Below, piece by piece: positions 9,272 through 19,528 of a stretch of DNA of 64,000 nucleotides. Numbering within the stretch: position 1 is the first letter of the stretch; every line of letters begins with the position of its first letter. The notes beneath the pieces were generated by a model. It was not told the origin of the DNA. It worked only from the letters and a program-made list of their open reading frames with translations, and ran no database searches. The DNA comes from a virus (lineage: Duplodnaviria; Caudoviricetes), in IMG/VR virus record IMGVR_UViG_3300036770_005357; one strand, written 5' to 3'. Made by a program: the position numbers and the translations under genes.

Positions 9272-10208
9272 AAAAATTGTAATAGTTCCAGTATTTTGTG
9301 AAACTCACTTAATTAAACTTCAAATAGATAATATATTTAATACGATTGATCCAGATATATTAATTTACAACGAAGGAATGTTTCCTCATGGTCCCGAAAG
9401 TTGTACTAATATGGCCGGATTTAAAGAAAAATATACTCTAAATAGTGAAGGAAAACGAGGGTTTGACTATCCGGAATTACAAGAAATAATATTTGAAGCT
9501 CAAAAAAAATATAGTAATAAGAAAATTATATTAAATGAGATGGAATACGATCCAAATGAAAAATCTGCTACCAAACATTATACAAAAGCGTGTAGTAATT
9601 TTAAAGAATTAAATATTGATGTTAATGTTGGTGATTTTATATTTCCATTTGAAGGAGATGTATTTCATCTAGAGAGTGATAAAGATTCGATTGAATCGTA
9701 CATGTCCCAATTAAATCCAGACACCGGTTTTAGAAGTATATGGGTAGATTTCGTACAAAATCAATATTACGCGGAACTTAAAAGTCTCAAACCATTCTTT
9801 AAAAATCAAGAGGGTAGTACCAGAAAAATTTGCATAAAATATGGCACTCAAAAATTTTACGAATCTGTTATAGGAAATTTTGAATCTAGAAATTATGAAG
9901 CGTTGTATTCTACAGAACTAGTAACATACCACTATCCGTGGTTTAGATTTGGAAAATATTTAGACTTAAGATACGATCAACTTAATAGACCCGATTATTA
10001 TTGGAAATACTTTTCTCAGGCTTTAAATTACATAGATGAATTAAAATACGCACGTGTATGTGCTAAGCCTGATAAACAAGGTACATACAGATATTTAAGT
10101 GCAGTAAAAATAAATCACCCAGAAGCTATAAAATCACATCCAAACTATATATCCGATATTGATATTGAAACTATTATTAACAATAACCACATCATCGATT
10201 ATAAATGA
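9264..10208 (+). CDS. Putative GT-A fold glycosyltransferase
   Basis: IVIVPVFCE start, FIFPFEGDVFH (DxD-like), HY motif; lies within the glycan locus. Confidence 0.45.
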   Translation: MSKKIVIVPVFCETHLIKLQIDNIFNTIDPDILIYNEGMFPHGPESCTNMAGFKEKYTLNSEGKRGFDYPELQEIIFEAQKKYSNKKIILNEMEYDPNEKSATKHYTKACSNFKELNIDVNVGDFIFPFEGDVFHLESDKDSIESYMSQLNPDTGFRSIWVDFVQNQYYAELKSLKPFFKNQEGSTRKICIKYGTQKFYESVIGNFESRNYEALYSTELVTYHYPWFRFGKYLDLRYDQLNRPDYYWKYFSQALNYIDELKYARVCAKPDKQGTYRYLSAVKINHPEAIKSHPNYISDIDIETIINNNHIIDYK

Positions 10209-11215
10209 AATTACAAAATAAATATGCAATAGGCACACATGTTATGTTCTATGAAATAGAAATGTATCCGGATTTTATAAACGGATTAATAAATCTATTA
10301 GAAGCTGTAGAGAACAAAGAAAATGTCTACTTAGATTTTTGTTTTAATACATCTGAATATTTTGAAAAGATTGATAAAAACAAAATAAGTTTAGATAACT
10401 TGTTCATTAAGTTTAATAGTGGTATAGAAAAATTAAAAGCATTGGGTTATAATAACATAAAAACTGATATTAAAAACATCAACGATGAAATTTACAATAT
10501 AGCAGATTATAGAAGAGACTTTAACAACAACTATTGCAAAAAAGTTGATTTTTTAATGTGGGGAGAAACTGACAGTTTCTTTCCAAAAGAATCATTTAAA
10601 GTACTCGAATCTTTAAAAAATTATACAGATAAAAATAATTTTCATCGTTATATCTTATCGTGGTCGGAACGGAAAATGTGGGATGAATCTTGGAAAGTTA
10701 CTGAACATGTTGACTATGAAAATATAATTTTTGTAGATACACCGGATCAAGTTGATAATGAAAATTATGCTAAATCTCCGTTGTCCATCGAAAAAATGAA
10801 TTTAATAAATTCAAAAACTGTAGATATAGATATCAGAGTAACAAATGAACCTAAAATTGATGGCAGTTGTTTAGTAATCAGTTCAGATTTGATTAAATGT
10901 GGAGTCAACATTCCTCACAGTCTTTTGTGTAGTGGTGATGATAGTAGTTTAGGCGTAATTGCAAAACAACTTCTGGGAGATAAATTCATACAAATCGTCG
11001 TTAAAAATATATTAAAAGTACATGCTAGAAGACATCCCAAAAAAAGAATGTATATTTTAAATGAAAACAATCCCCGTGGTTTTTGTGGTAAAGAAAAGGG
11101 TGATTGGTGGAAAATTTTACAAGATTACTCTAAATCCAATTTAAACATTTTATTAAATAATCAAAATAAATTCTATACATTTGACGATGTATTTGATAAA
11201 ATAAAAAACATATGA
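10205..11215 (+). CDS. Putative GT-A fold glycosyltransferase
   Basis: R..FN.....DFLMWGETDSFFP resembles the GT2 N...DxD region; GDD acidic motif; HARRH. Confidence 0.45.
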   Translation: MKLQNKYAIGTHVMFYEIEMYPDFINGLINLLEAVENKENVYLDFCFNTSEYFEKIDKNKISLDNLFIKFNSGIEKLKALGYNNIKTDIKNINDEIYNIADYRRDFNNNYCKKVDFLMWGETDSFFPKESFKVLESLKNYTDKNNFHRYILSWSERKMWDESWKVTEHVDYENIIFVDTPDQVDNENYAKSPLSIEKMNLINSKTVDIDIRVTNEPKIDGSCLVISSDLIKCGVNIPHSLLCSGDDSSLGVIAKQLLGDKFIQIVVKNILKVHARRHPKKRMYILNENNPRGFCGKEKGDWWKILQDYSKSNLNILLNNQNKFYTFDDVFDKIKNI

Positions 11216-11565
11216 AAATGCCAATATCAGAAATAGCAGATAGATATAGTATAACTCTTTTAAAAAGTGAACGAATTGAAGGAGTAAATCTAACAGATGA
11301 ATTAAATGCCTATTTACAAGAATTAAATAAGTACGAAGGTATACAAAGTTATTTAGAAAGACTGTATCAGATAAACGGAGAAATTTGGGATTTGGAATCC
11401 GACATTAGAAAAGGTAAGGAGAATATACTCGGACTTGAAGAAGTTGGTAGACGAGCAATTATGATTCGAGGTAAGAATAAGATTCGAGTTGGAATTAAAA
11501 ATGAAATGGTAGAGAAATACGAAGAAGGATTCAAAGATATAAAAATGAATCATGCTAGTGTATGA
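11212..11565 (+). CDS. DUF6165-like hypothetical protein
   Basis: SEIADRYSITLLK, L..INGEIWDLESDIR, N..R..IKN pattern. Confidence 0.55.
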   Translation: MKMPISEIADRYSITLLKSERIEGVNLTDELNAYLQELNKYEGIQSYLERLYQINGEIWDLESDIRKGKENILGLEEVGRRAIMIRGKNKIRVGIKNEMVEKYEEGFKDIKMNHASV

Positions 11566-12503
11566 ATGTATGTTTTGTAAGCCAAAACGGTCATATAGGA
11601 AAACTACCACGAAATTTTGAAAATTGTAGAGTAGAGTTTGCTTGGCAAATTGCATTAAACTCGGATCATCTATCTTTTGATTATATTTGTAAAAACAAAG
11701 TACAATCGTACGACTTAGTTATAATAATTCTACCGAAGAAACTTGAATTGATTAATATCAATCAAATATTAGATATTTGTAAATCTATTGGTAAAAAAGT
11801 AACAGTAATGCAAGAAGGTCCGTGTTGGTATTACCAAGATTACAAATACGAAGATCAAGTTAATTATATAAACTTTTTGAATGAGATGGACTTTTTATTA
11901 GTCCATAATAAAAGTGATGTAGCTTATTTTAAAGGTATATTTAAGAAACCTACATTTAATCTACAATCTTTAATGATTGAAGATACAGTTAAAAATATAA
12001 TTAATAAAAATAGTGGATATCCAATCATCGGTGGTAACTTTTGTAGCTGGTACGGTGGAGTAGATAGTTATTTTGTTGCCCGTAATTTTAATAAAGATAT
12101 ATACATACCTAGTATGGGTAGGAAAATAACCAATGAGGAAAACTTCCCAAACTTAAAACATTTACCTTATATGCAATGGACGCAATGGATCCATACACTA
12201 TCTCAATTCAACATAGGTATTCATTTGATGAGAACACATGCGGCTGGTACATTTGCCCTTAATTGTGCTTATTTAGGTATACCGTGTATCGGTTATAAAG
12301 GATTGGATACTCAACAAATATTACATCCATTATTAACGGTTGATGTAGGTAATATAGAAAAAGCAAACGAATTAGCTATACAATTAAGAGATGATGTAGA
12401 TTTTTATAATAATTGTTCTTTTCATTCTAAAGAATTATATCAAATATATTATACAGAAGAAAAGTGGTTACAAAATTGGAATAAAATTTATGAACAAATT
12501 TAA
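11562..12503 (+). CDS. Putative GT-B fold glycosyltransferase
   Basis: DLVII, VMQEGP, AGTFALNCAYLGIPCIG and C-terminal helix typical of GT-B. Confidence 0.6.
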   Translation: MNVCFVSQNGHIGKLPRNFENCRVEFAWQIALNSDHLSFDYICKNKVQSYDLVIIILPKKLELININQILDICKSIGKKVTVMQEGPCWYYQDYKYEDQVNYINFLNEMDFLLVHNKSDVAYFKGIFKKPTFNLQSLMIEDTVKNIINKNSGYPIIGGNFCSWYGGVDSYFVARNFNKDIYIPSMGRKITNEENFPNLKHLPYMQWTQWIHTLSQFNIGIHLMRTHAAGTFALNCAYLGIPCIGYKGLDTQQILHPLLTVDVGNIEKANELAIQLRDDVDFYNNCSFHSKELYQIYYTEEKWLQNWNKIYEQI

Positions 12504-13293
12504 AATTGGCATTGTTGGTTACGGATATGTTGGAAAAGCGTTTCATAATTTTTTTAAAAATCATTACGAATGTTTAATTTATGATCCAAACTTAAATACA
12601 AGCGTAACCAAAGACGAAATCAATAAATGTAATTTAGCAGTTGTATGCGTTCCTACTCCCGAAAAACAAGATGGTAGTTGTGATACGAGTATTGTGGAAG
12701 AAACAATTAGTTGGTTAAAAACGGAATTAATTCTTTTAAAAAGTACAGTTGAAATTGGCACAACCGATAAACTAATCAACACTTTTAATAAAGAAATTGT
12801 ATTTAGTCCCGAATTTGCAGGTGAGTCAAAATATTGGACACCGGATGGATTTACAACTGATGTTAAACAAACACCATTCTTTATATTTGGTGGTAAAAAA
12901 GAACTATGTTACAAATTAATTGAAATTTACACACCTATAACCGGTCCAAGCAAAACATACCGGGTAACAGATACAATCAGCGCGGAGATTACAAAATATG
13001 TAACAAATACACATCTAGCTATGAAAGTTGCATATTGCAATGAAATATACGATTTGTGTGAAAAACTCGGAATAAATTATTATGAAATGAGAGATTTATG
13101 GTTATTAGATCCCCGTACTACTAAATCCCATACAGCTGTATTTGCAAATGACCGTGGATTCGGAGGAAAATGTTTTCCAAAAGACACAAAAGCTTTAGTC
13201 AAATTGGGAGATAAAGTTGATATAAATCTTTCAATTTTAAAAAGTGTGTTAAAAAGTAATGAAGAAATGATCAAAAAAAATAATGTTATTTGA
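12490..13293 (+). CDS. UDP-glucose/GDP-mannose 6-dehydrogenase family, lacking the C-terminal domain
   Basis: GIVGYGYVG, VCVPTP, KSTV, FSPEF, catalytic K in EITKY, GFGGKCFPKD. Only 267 aa. Confidence 0.85.
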   Translation: MNKFKIGIVGYGYVGKAFHNFFKNHYECLIYDPNLNTSVTKDEINKCNLAVVCVPTPEKQDGSCDTSIVEETISWLKTELILLKSTVEIGTTDKLINTFNKEIVFSPEFAGESKYWTPDGFTTDVKQTPFFIFGGKKELCYKLIEIYTPITGPSKTYRVTDTISAEITKYVTNTHLAMKVAYCNEIYDLCEKLGINYYEMRDLWLLDPRTTKSHTAVFANDRGFGGKCFPKDTKALVKLGDKVDINLSILKSVLKSNEEMIKKNNVI

Positions 13294-13296
13294 ATT

Positions 13297-14100
13297 ATGA
13301 TTGAAGATAAATTTACCATATGTACTAGTTTTAATCATAGACTTTTTAAAGATCCACATCAAATTGCATATAAAAGTCTACCAAAAATTTTCAAAAATAG
13401 TAAATTTTATGTCTATCACGAAAATTCTTTTGATTCAAAAGTAGATAACATATCAATCGATTTTTCTGACAAATCGGACAATGTTATATTATACGATTTA
13501 TATGAAAAATTTCCGTGGTTAGAAAATTACTTAAAAACAAGTCATTTTTCAAAACTATCTAATCATTCTAATTATTGGATAAGAAATTCGGAATATTGGT
13601 TTAGAAAAGTAGTAAGTCTTGTAGATTTTATTATGACTGCAAATGAAACCGAATATGGTATTTGGTTTGATTGTGATTCTACTGTTATCAAACCATTTGA
13701 CCAAAGATTTTTAAACCAGTTATCAAATAATGATTGGTGTTGTATTTTCAGAGAAGAGTGGGGAGTAACTATTGAAACCGGATTTCAAGTTTTTAAACTA
13801 AATGACGACCGTGTTAAAAATTTTTGTTTAAAGTATTTAGAATATTATACAAGCGGCGATGTTTTTAAAAATGAAAAACAATATGCCGATAATTTTGTAT
13901 TGGAATCATGTTTTAAAAAATTTGACCACGATTTAAAATTAGGCCGGTTATTAACAAATAACTTTGATATTTACGAATATATCAAACACTTTAAACGCCC
14001 TTTAGGATTAGTCCGTGAACGGAAACGATTGATTGAAAAAAAGAACGAATTTTATTTAAAAAATAACAAACTTTTTAATAAATCAATTATCAATATTTAA
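13297..14100 (+). CDS. Putative GT-A glycosyltransferase
   Basis: RKV, IWFDCDS (DxD), ETGF, YAD, IKHFK: layout like GT8/GT34/nucleotide-diphospho-sugar transferases. Confidence 0.55.
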   Translation: MIEDKFTICTSFNHRLFKDPHQIAYKSLPKIFKNSKFYVYHENSFDSKVDNISIDFSDKSDNVILYDLYEKFPWLENYLKTSHFSKLSNHSNYWIRNSEYWFRKVVSLVDFIMTANETEYGIWFDCDSTVIKPFDQRFLNQLSNNDWCCIFREEWGVTIETGFQVFKLNDDRVKNFCLKYLEYYTSGDVFKNEKQYADNFVLESCFKKFDHDLKLGRLLTNNFDIYEYIKHFKRPLGLVRERKRLIEKKNEFYLKNNKLFNKSIINI

Positions 14101-14105
14101 TTTTT

Positions 14106-14861
14106 ATGAATGCTAATTGTATAGTAATGATCGCAATTGAAGATAATTTTTCAAAATACAACCATAAAGACTATTTTGAAATTTCAATTGAAGCTTGGAA
14201 GAAATATTGTACTAAAAACAGTATAGATTTTATCTTAATTGATAAAAAATTAAATTCAATTCCACATTCAAAATGGACAAAACATTTTTTATTTGATTAT
14301 ATTGAAGATAAATATGAAAAGATAGGAATGGTAGATTTCGATACTATACCTAAGTGGGATATGCCTAATCCGTTTGAATTGTATAATGATGAATTTTGTG
14401 GAGTTATTGATAATTGTAATTTAAATTGGTTAAACAATAGTCTAAATGCATATAAATCTACATTTCAAGAATTGGATGTCGATATAAAAATAAGCGAATA
14501 CATAAATAGCGGAGTCTTATTTTTTACAAAAAATCACAAATTTGTTTTTGAGGAAATGAAGCACTTTTATTTCAATAACAAAACGGTTTTAGATAATTGG
14601 AGTGTTTCAAACACCGGTCGAGATCAAACTATTCTAAACTTAGTTTTAAAAAAACTTAATATTAAAAAGAAATATTTTCCATATAGTTGGAACACAGTTT
14701 CTATGATAAAAAAAGGAATGTTTTTTTATAATGATAAGTTACAAGATTTTACTCCTTTTTTTATAAAATATGGAAATATATGGCACTTTACCGGATTTTC
14801 AATTGAGGAAAGAACTAATATTATTAGACAACTTTGGTCTCAAACAAAACACTTATATTAA
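14106..14861 (+). CDS. GT8/GT34-like glycosyltransferase
   Basis: KW.K, MVDFDT (DxD), INSGVLFF, DQTILN, WN, IWHFTG. Confidence 0.75.
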   Translation: MNANCIVMIAIEDNFSKYNHKDYFEISIEAWKKYCTKNSIDFILIDKKLNSIPHSKWTKHFLFDYIEDKYEKIGMVDFDTIPKWDMPNPFELYNDEFCGVIDNCNLNWLNNSLNAYKSTFQELDVDIKISEYINSGVLFFTKNHKFVFEEMKHFYFNNKTVLDNWSVSNTGRDQTILNLVLKKLNIKKKYFPYSWNTVSMIKKGMFFYNDKLQDFTPFFIKYGNIWHFTGFSIEERTNIIRQLWSQTKHLY

Positions 14862-15634
14862 TGAAAAACATAATATTTATCCCAGCAGTAATTTCTGACA
14901 AAGGAGAAAAAAAGTTGAGAAACACTCCTTTAATCAAAAAAATATTTGACTATAGTATACGAAGTTGGAAATACTTTGCTAATAAACATAATTGTACAGT
15001 AGTTGTTTTAGACGAACCAATATTAGATACTAATGTTACTAGTATGGCGTGGCAAAGATATTATGTTTTAGATTTATTGGAACAAAGTAATATTAAATAC
15101 AATCAAGTCTTAATAGTAGATGCGGATACTATTGTACATCCAAATTGTCCTAACTTTTTTGAATTAACTGAAAACAAATATACCGGCGTACACGATGGTG
15201 TAGTATATGAATGGGTAATGAGAAGTGTAGAGTGTTACAGCAAATTATTATTTAACAACTATAACTTAAATGTTTGGAATTATATTAATGGTGGATTTCA
15301 AATAATCAACGAATCACATAAAAATCATATAAATAAGTTCAAAGAATTTTATATAAATAACCGAGAGGAAATTTATCAAGTTGAATCCAATATAAAATTA
15401 GGTACAGATCAAACACCTATGAATTTCTTTCTACAAATAAATAATGTTGATACTAAAATTCTACCGTATGAATTTAACATGACGGGATTACATCTATCTG
15501 AAGGTTTGAACGAAGATTTAATTTTTACAAATTTAGGATGGGTTTATCATTTTAATGGTATACCTGATGAAACTTACGGTTCAAAAGTAGAATATTATAT
15601 GAATAAAACTTTTAAAAAATTGTATGATAACTAA
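14861..15634 (+). CDS. GT8/GT34-like glycosyltransferase (paralogue of the preceding gene)
   Basis: AWQRY, IVDADT, INGGF, TDQTPMN, FN, VYHFNG. TAATG stop/start overlap at 14859-14863. Confidence 0.75.
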   Translation: MKNIIFIPAVISDKGEKKLRNTPLIKKIFDYSIRSWKYFANKHNCTVVVLDEPILDTNVTSMAWQRYYVLDLLEQSNIKYNQVLIVDADTIVHPNCPNFFELTENKYTGVHDGVVYEWVMRSVECYSKLLFNNYNLNVWNYINGGFQIINESHKNHINKFKEFYINNREEIYQVESNIKLGTDQTPMNFFLQINNVDTKILPYEFNMTGLHLSEGLNEDLIFTNLGWVYHFNGIPDETYGSKVEYYMNKTFKKLYDN

Positions 15635-16586
15635 AAAGAACATCAATGGAAATCCAGAATTTGGTTGTGAGTTAACTTTAACCCTACCATATGCATATCA
15701 TCTCCATCTAAAGAATGAATTGGGAACCGTTAGAACTGTTAAAGGCATGAAACCATTTTATTTTTTTACAGACCAAATTGAAGAATATTATAATGATCGA
15801 TCTGTAGATAATAAAGTGGCTTTAAAAGATGTACCGAATAATTGGATACACCACAATGCATTAGCAATAACCGGTAAAGATTATAGTGAACTAACAGACG
15901 AAGAAAAAAGAAATGTAAATGGTGTATTAGATTATAGAGAATGGACTCCACCTCCCATAAGGGAACATTATCTTAAAAATAATGAAATAAATATAAAAGA
16001 AAAATTCGTAGTAATATGCAATAGATTTAATCTTGAACACGGACACTTTCCATATGGATACTTTGATATTCCACTTTTACAAGATATCTTTGAATACTTT
16101 AATAAAATTAATTACAAAGTAATTTATAAACGACCTGAAAATAATGAATTTCCAGTTGATTGTAATGAAACTAGTGATATCATAAATAAATACGGCATTA
16201 AAGCAGAAGATGCAAATGGAAATGTTGTTGATGATAAACAAATAAGCCGAATGTATGATAATGTTATCGTATTTGATGATTTACATAAAGAATATTCACA
16301 TTTATCTTACAATGTTTTTCAATTACAATTATTTTCTAAATCTTCCGGTTTTATTTCGATGGGAGGTGGAAACACCCTATTGAGTTGTTATTTTAAACAA
16401 CCTGTAGTTTCTTATTTTACTACTACAAAAGAAATGAGAGATAATTACTTTGGTAAAAATTCCTATTATAGGAAACTTTCAAATTGTGATTTTTATCCAA
16501 TAAAAGATCCAGAAAAAAATATACAAGAAAGAGGATATAGAGATTACACGGAATTATTAGAAACAATAAAAACAGTTTTTAAATGA
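15624..16586 (+). CDS. Hypothetical protein, possible GT-B (GT9/fucosyltransferase-like) transferase
   Basis: EFGCEL...PYAY N-terminus, GFISMGGGN near the C-terminus; in glycan locus. Confidence 0.35.
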   Translation: MITKKNINGNPEFGCELTLTLPYAYHLHLKNELGTVRTVKGMKPFYFFTDQIEEYYNDRSVDNKVALKDVPNNWIHHNALAITGKDYSELTDEEKRNVNGVLDYREWTPPPIREHYLKNNEINIKEKFVVICNRFNLEHGHFPYGYFDIPLLQDIFEYFNKINYKVIYKRPENNEFPVDCNETSDIINKYGIKAEDANGNVVDDKQISRMYDNVIVFDDLHKEYSHLSYNVFQLQLFSKSSGFISMGGGNTLLSCYFKQPVVSYFTTTKEMRDNYFGKNSYYRKLSNCDFYPIKDPEKNIQERGYRDYTELLETIKTVFK

Positions 16587-17509
16587 AAAACAAGAAAATA
16601 TTTATCACAGGAGGAGCAGGCTTTTTAGGTAAAAATATCGTCAAAAGATATTATGACGATAATGAAATAACTGTATTTAGTCGTGATGAAGCAAAACACT
16701 ATTATTTAAAAAAGCAATTTCCTAAAATAAAATGTGTTGTTGGTGATATAAGAAATTATGATCTGCTTAAAAGAAGCAGTAAAAATCACGAAGTAGGAAT
16801 ATTTGCTGCAAGTTTAAAGCAAATTGAAGCTGTCGATCAAAATGTTGAAGAATCGGTAAAAATTATAATTAATGGTGCCATTAATAGTAGAAGAGTCTCT
16901 GAAGAAAATAATTTTGAATCTGCATGTTTCATTTCTTCTGATAAAAGTCGATCCGCTACAACGCTTTATGGATCTATGAAATTCGTCGCAGGTGAAAGTT
17001 TTATTGTAAATTCAGACGCAAATTTCCCAAAACTAAGCACGGCTATTTACGGAAATGTATTAAACTCGACAGGTAGTATAATTCCACTAATTTGGAACGC
17101 TTTACAAAACAAATATGCATTAAAATTGTATTCTACGGAAATGACTCGATTTATGATATCAGTCGATGAGGCTATTGATTTAATAGAAGCTTCATTAAAA
17201 GTTAATGGGTATAATGTAATACCCGAAGTAAAAAGTTTTCGTATACAAGATTTATTTGAAATATACGCCGAATTATTTGGTTTGAAATACGATGTAGATA
17301 AACCCCGAATTTCAGAAAAACTCCACGAAATCATGATATCGAGTGAAGAAATACCGCGTGTTAAAAAAGAAGATGCATATTTTTATATGCATTACAAAGA
17401 AACATATAATCGAGTATCGTTTCCAAATAATGAATTCTCTAGTAAAGATGTATGTATAAGTAAAGAAAAACTAAACAATATTTTGAAATCCTTTAATTAT
17501 TTTGAATAA
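16583..17509 (+). CDS. NDP-sugar 4,6-dehydratase (PseB/FlaA1/CapD, Polysacc_synt_2 family)
   Basis: ITGGAGFLG, FSRDEAKH, VGDIR, AASLKQI, ISSDKS, YGSMK, YGNVLNSTGSIIP, MTRF, EKLHE. Confidence 0.9.
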   Translation: MKNKKIFITGGAGFLGKNIVKRYYDDNEITVFSRDEAKHYYLKKQFPKIKCVVGDIRNYDLLKRSSKNHEVGIFAASLKQIEAVDQNVEESVKIIINGAINSRRVSEENNFESACFISSDKSRSATTLYGSMKFVAGESFIVNSDANFPKLSTAIYGNVLNSTGSIIPLIWNALQNKYALKLYSTEMTRFMISVDEAIDLIEASLKVNGYNVIPEVKSFRIQDLFEIYAELFGLKYDVDKPRISEKLHEIMISSEEIPRVKKEDAYFYMHYKETYNRVSFPNNEFSSKDVCISKEKLNNILKSFNYFE

Positions 17510-17510
17510 T

Positions 17511-18734
17511 ATGTATCCAGAGTATAAATTAAGAACCAGTTGTGCAATTTGTAAAAATTTAGAACTAAAAACAATTTTTGATTTCGATGAAATATCTTTA
17601 GCGGGAAATTTTCCAAAAAAAGATGAACTAAATCACTGTAAAAAATATCCTTTAAAATTAAAATATTGTACAAACTGTTCTTTGGTACAGACAGATAGTA
17701 TAATTAATTCGGATTTTTTATTCAAAGATTATCGTTACATGTCATCTATAGGTTTAAGTAAACATTTTTCTTCTGTAGCAATGTTGTACAAAGAAAAGTT
17801 CGGCTTAAATAATAACAGTAAAGTATTAGAAATAGGATCCAATGATGGAGTTTTATTAAAACCATTCATGGATTTAGGTATACCGTGTATGGGATTTGAT
17901 CCATCCATAAATATATCTAAAGTAGCACAAGAAAAGGGATGTAATGTAATTGTAGATTATTTTAGCAAAACGACGGCAACTAAATACCTAAAAGAAAATG
18001 ATTATGACATAATTTGTTCAAATAATTGTTTTGCACATATCGATGACATTCATTCTATACTGGAAGGAGTATCATATAGTTTAAAACCAGATGGACATTT
18101 CATAATTGAAGTACATTATTTAAAAAACTTAATCGAACAGTTACAATATGACTTCGTATATCATGAACATTTATATTATTACTCGTTATCAGCTTTAAAT
18201 TATTTATTTAATTTACACGGATTATCAATTGTAGATTTTGAAGAAATCTCTATTCATTCGGGTAGTATAAGAGTATACGCTTCAAAAAATAAAAAAACAA
18301 ATGAAAAGGTGGATAATCAATTAAATTTTGAAAAAAATATCGGAATGACAAATTTTGAGTATTTTGAAAATTACAGTCTCAAAGTTAAGAACCATATCAT
18401 TTCTTTACAAAATATAATAAAAAATTTAAAGAACGAAGGTTTTACTATAGCTGGGTACGGTGCATCTGGTCGAGGTAATGTGTTACTTAACATGTGTAAG
18501 TTTACTTCAAATGATATATCATTTATAATAGATGAATCACCCGAACGTTACGATCGTTATGTAGGTGGTACTGACATTCCCATATTCAATAAAAACTATT
18601 TAAACTTAAATAAACCGAATTATATTTTAATTTTGGCTTGGAACTATTCGGATATGATAATGGAAAAATTAAAATCCGAAAATTTCAAATATATAATTCC
18701 TTTTCCAACTGTAAAAATTCACTGTATTCCGTGA
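17511..18734 (+). CDS. NDP-hexose C-methyltransferase (TylCIII/EryBIII/NovU type)
   Basis: Zn site CAIC...CTNC, EIGSNDG, YHEHLYYYS, HSGSIR, GYGASGRG, ILAWNY. Confidence 0.9.
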   Translation: MYPEYKLRTSCAICKNLELKTIFDFDEISLAGNFPKKDELNHCKKYPLKLKYCTNCSLVQTDSIINSDFLFKDYRYMSSIGLSKHFSSVAMLYKEKFGLNNNSKVLEIGSNDGVLLKPFMDLGIPCMGFDPSINISKVAQEKGCNVIVDYFSKTTATKYLKENDYDIICSNNCFAHIDDIHSILEGVSYSLKPDGHFIIEVHYLKNLIEQLQYDFVYHEHLYYYSLSALNYLFNLHGLSIVDFEEISIHSGSIRVYASKNKKTNEKVDNQLNFEKNIGMTNFEYFENYSLKVKNHIISLQNIIKNLKNEGFTIAGYGASGRGNVLLNMCKFTSNDISFIIDESPERYDRYVGGTDIPIFNKNYLNLNKPNYILILAWNYSDMIMEKLKSENFKYIIPFPTVKIHCIP

Positions 18735-19528
18735 AGATTTTAATACTAGGACATAAAGGAATGTTAGGACATATGGTGATGAAATATGTATCTCACCTTC
18801 AGATAAATCATGAAATAATAGAACAACGATGGCCATCAAATGAATTCACGGAATCAATTAAAAATTCTAATTCAGACTTTTTAATAAATTGTATAGCATG
18901 TATTCCACAAAAATATTCTACATGGAATTTATATAAAGAAACAAATATCGATTTACCGATTTTTTTAATAAAAAATTTCAACGGTAAAATAATAAATCCC
19001 ACATCCGATTGTGAGTTTTCTGGAAATATAAAATTAGGCAAGTTTTACGAAAAAAACCATATGAAAGATGTTACAGATGATTATGGAATAAGTAAATCAC
19101 ATACAACAAATATTTTATTAAACTATAATAATGTAAAACAAATAAGATCTTCATTAATAGGACCGGAAATAAAAGGTAAAGTGTGTTTAATGGAATGGTT
19201 TTTTAGACAAAATAAAGATATACACGGTTATAATAACCATTATTGGAATGGTATAACTACCTTAGAATGGACAAAACAGTGCTTAAAATTAATAGAGAAC
19301 TGGGATAGATCGGATAACTTAATTCAGTTAGGTACAACTCCCATAACTAAGTATGATCTTTTATGTTTTTTAAATAAAATATTTGAATGTAAAAAAAACA
19401 TAATATCTATTAGTACGGAGTTTATTAATAGAAGTTTAAAAAGTGACTATTTAATAAAGAATATTGAAGATCAATTAATTGAGTTAAAACAGTTTTATTA
19501 TGAAAATAAGTTTCATTCAGCCGAGTAG
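18731..19528 (+). CDS. RmlD-like NDP-4-keto-sugar reductase
   Basis: ILILGHKGMLG, INCIA, TSDCEFSG, YGISK, IRSSLIG. GTG start overlaps the upstream TGA (GTGA). Confidence 0.85.
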   Translation: MKILILGHKGMLGHMVMKYVSHLQINHEIIEQRWPSNEFTESIKNSNSDFLINCIACIPQKYSTWNLYKETNIDLPIFLIKNFNGKIINPTSDCEFSGNIKLGKFYEKNHMKDVTDDYGISKSHTTNILLNYNNVKQIRSSLIGPEIKGKVCLMEWFFRQNKDIHGYNNHYWNGITTLEWTKQCLKLIENWDRSDNLIQLGTTPITKYDLLCFLNKIFECKKNIISISTEFINRSLKSDYLIKNIEDQLIELKQFYYENKFHSAE

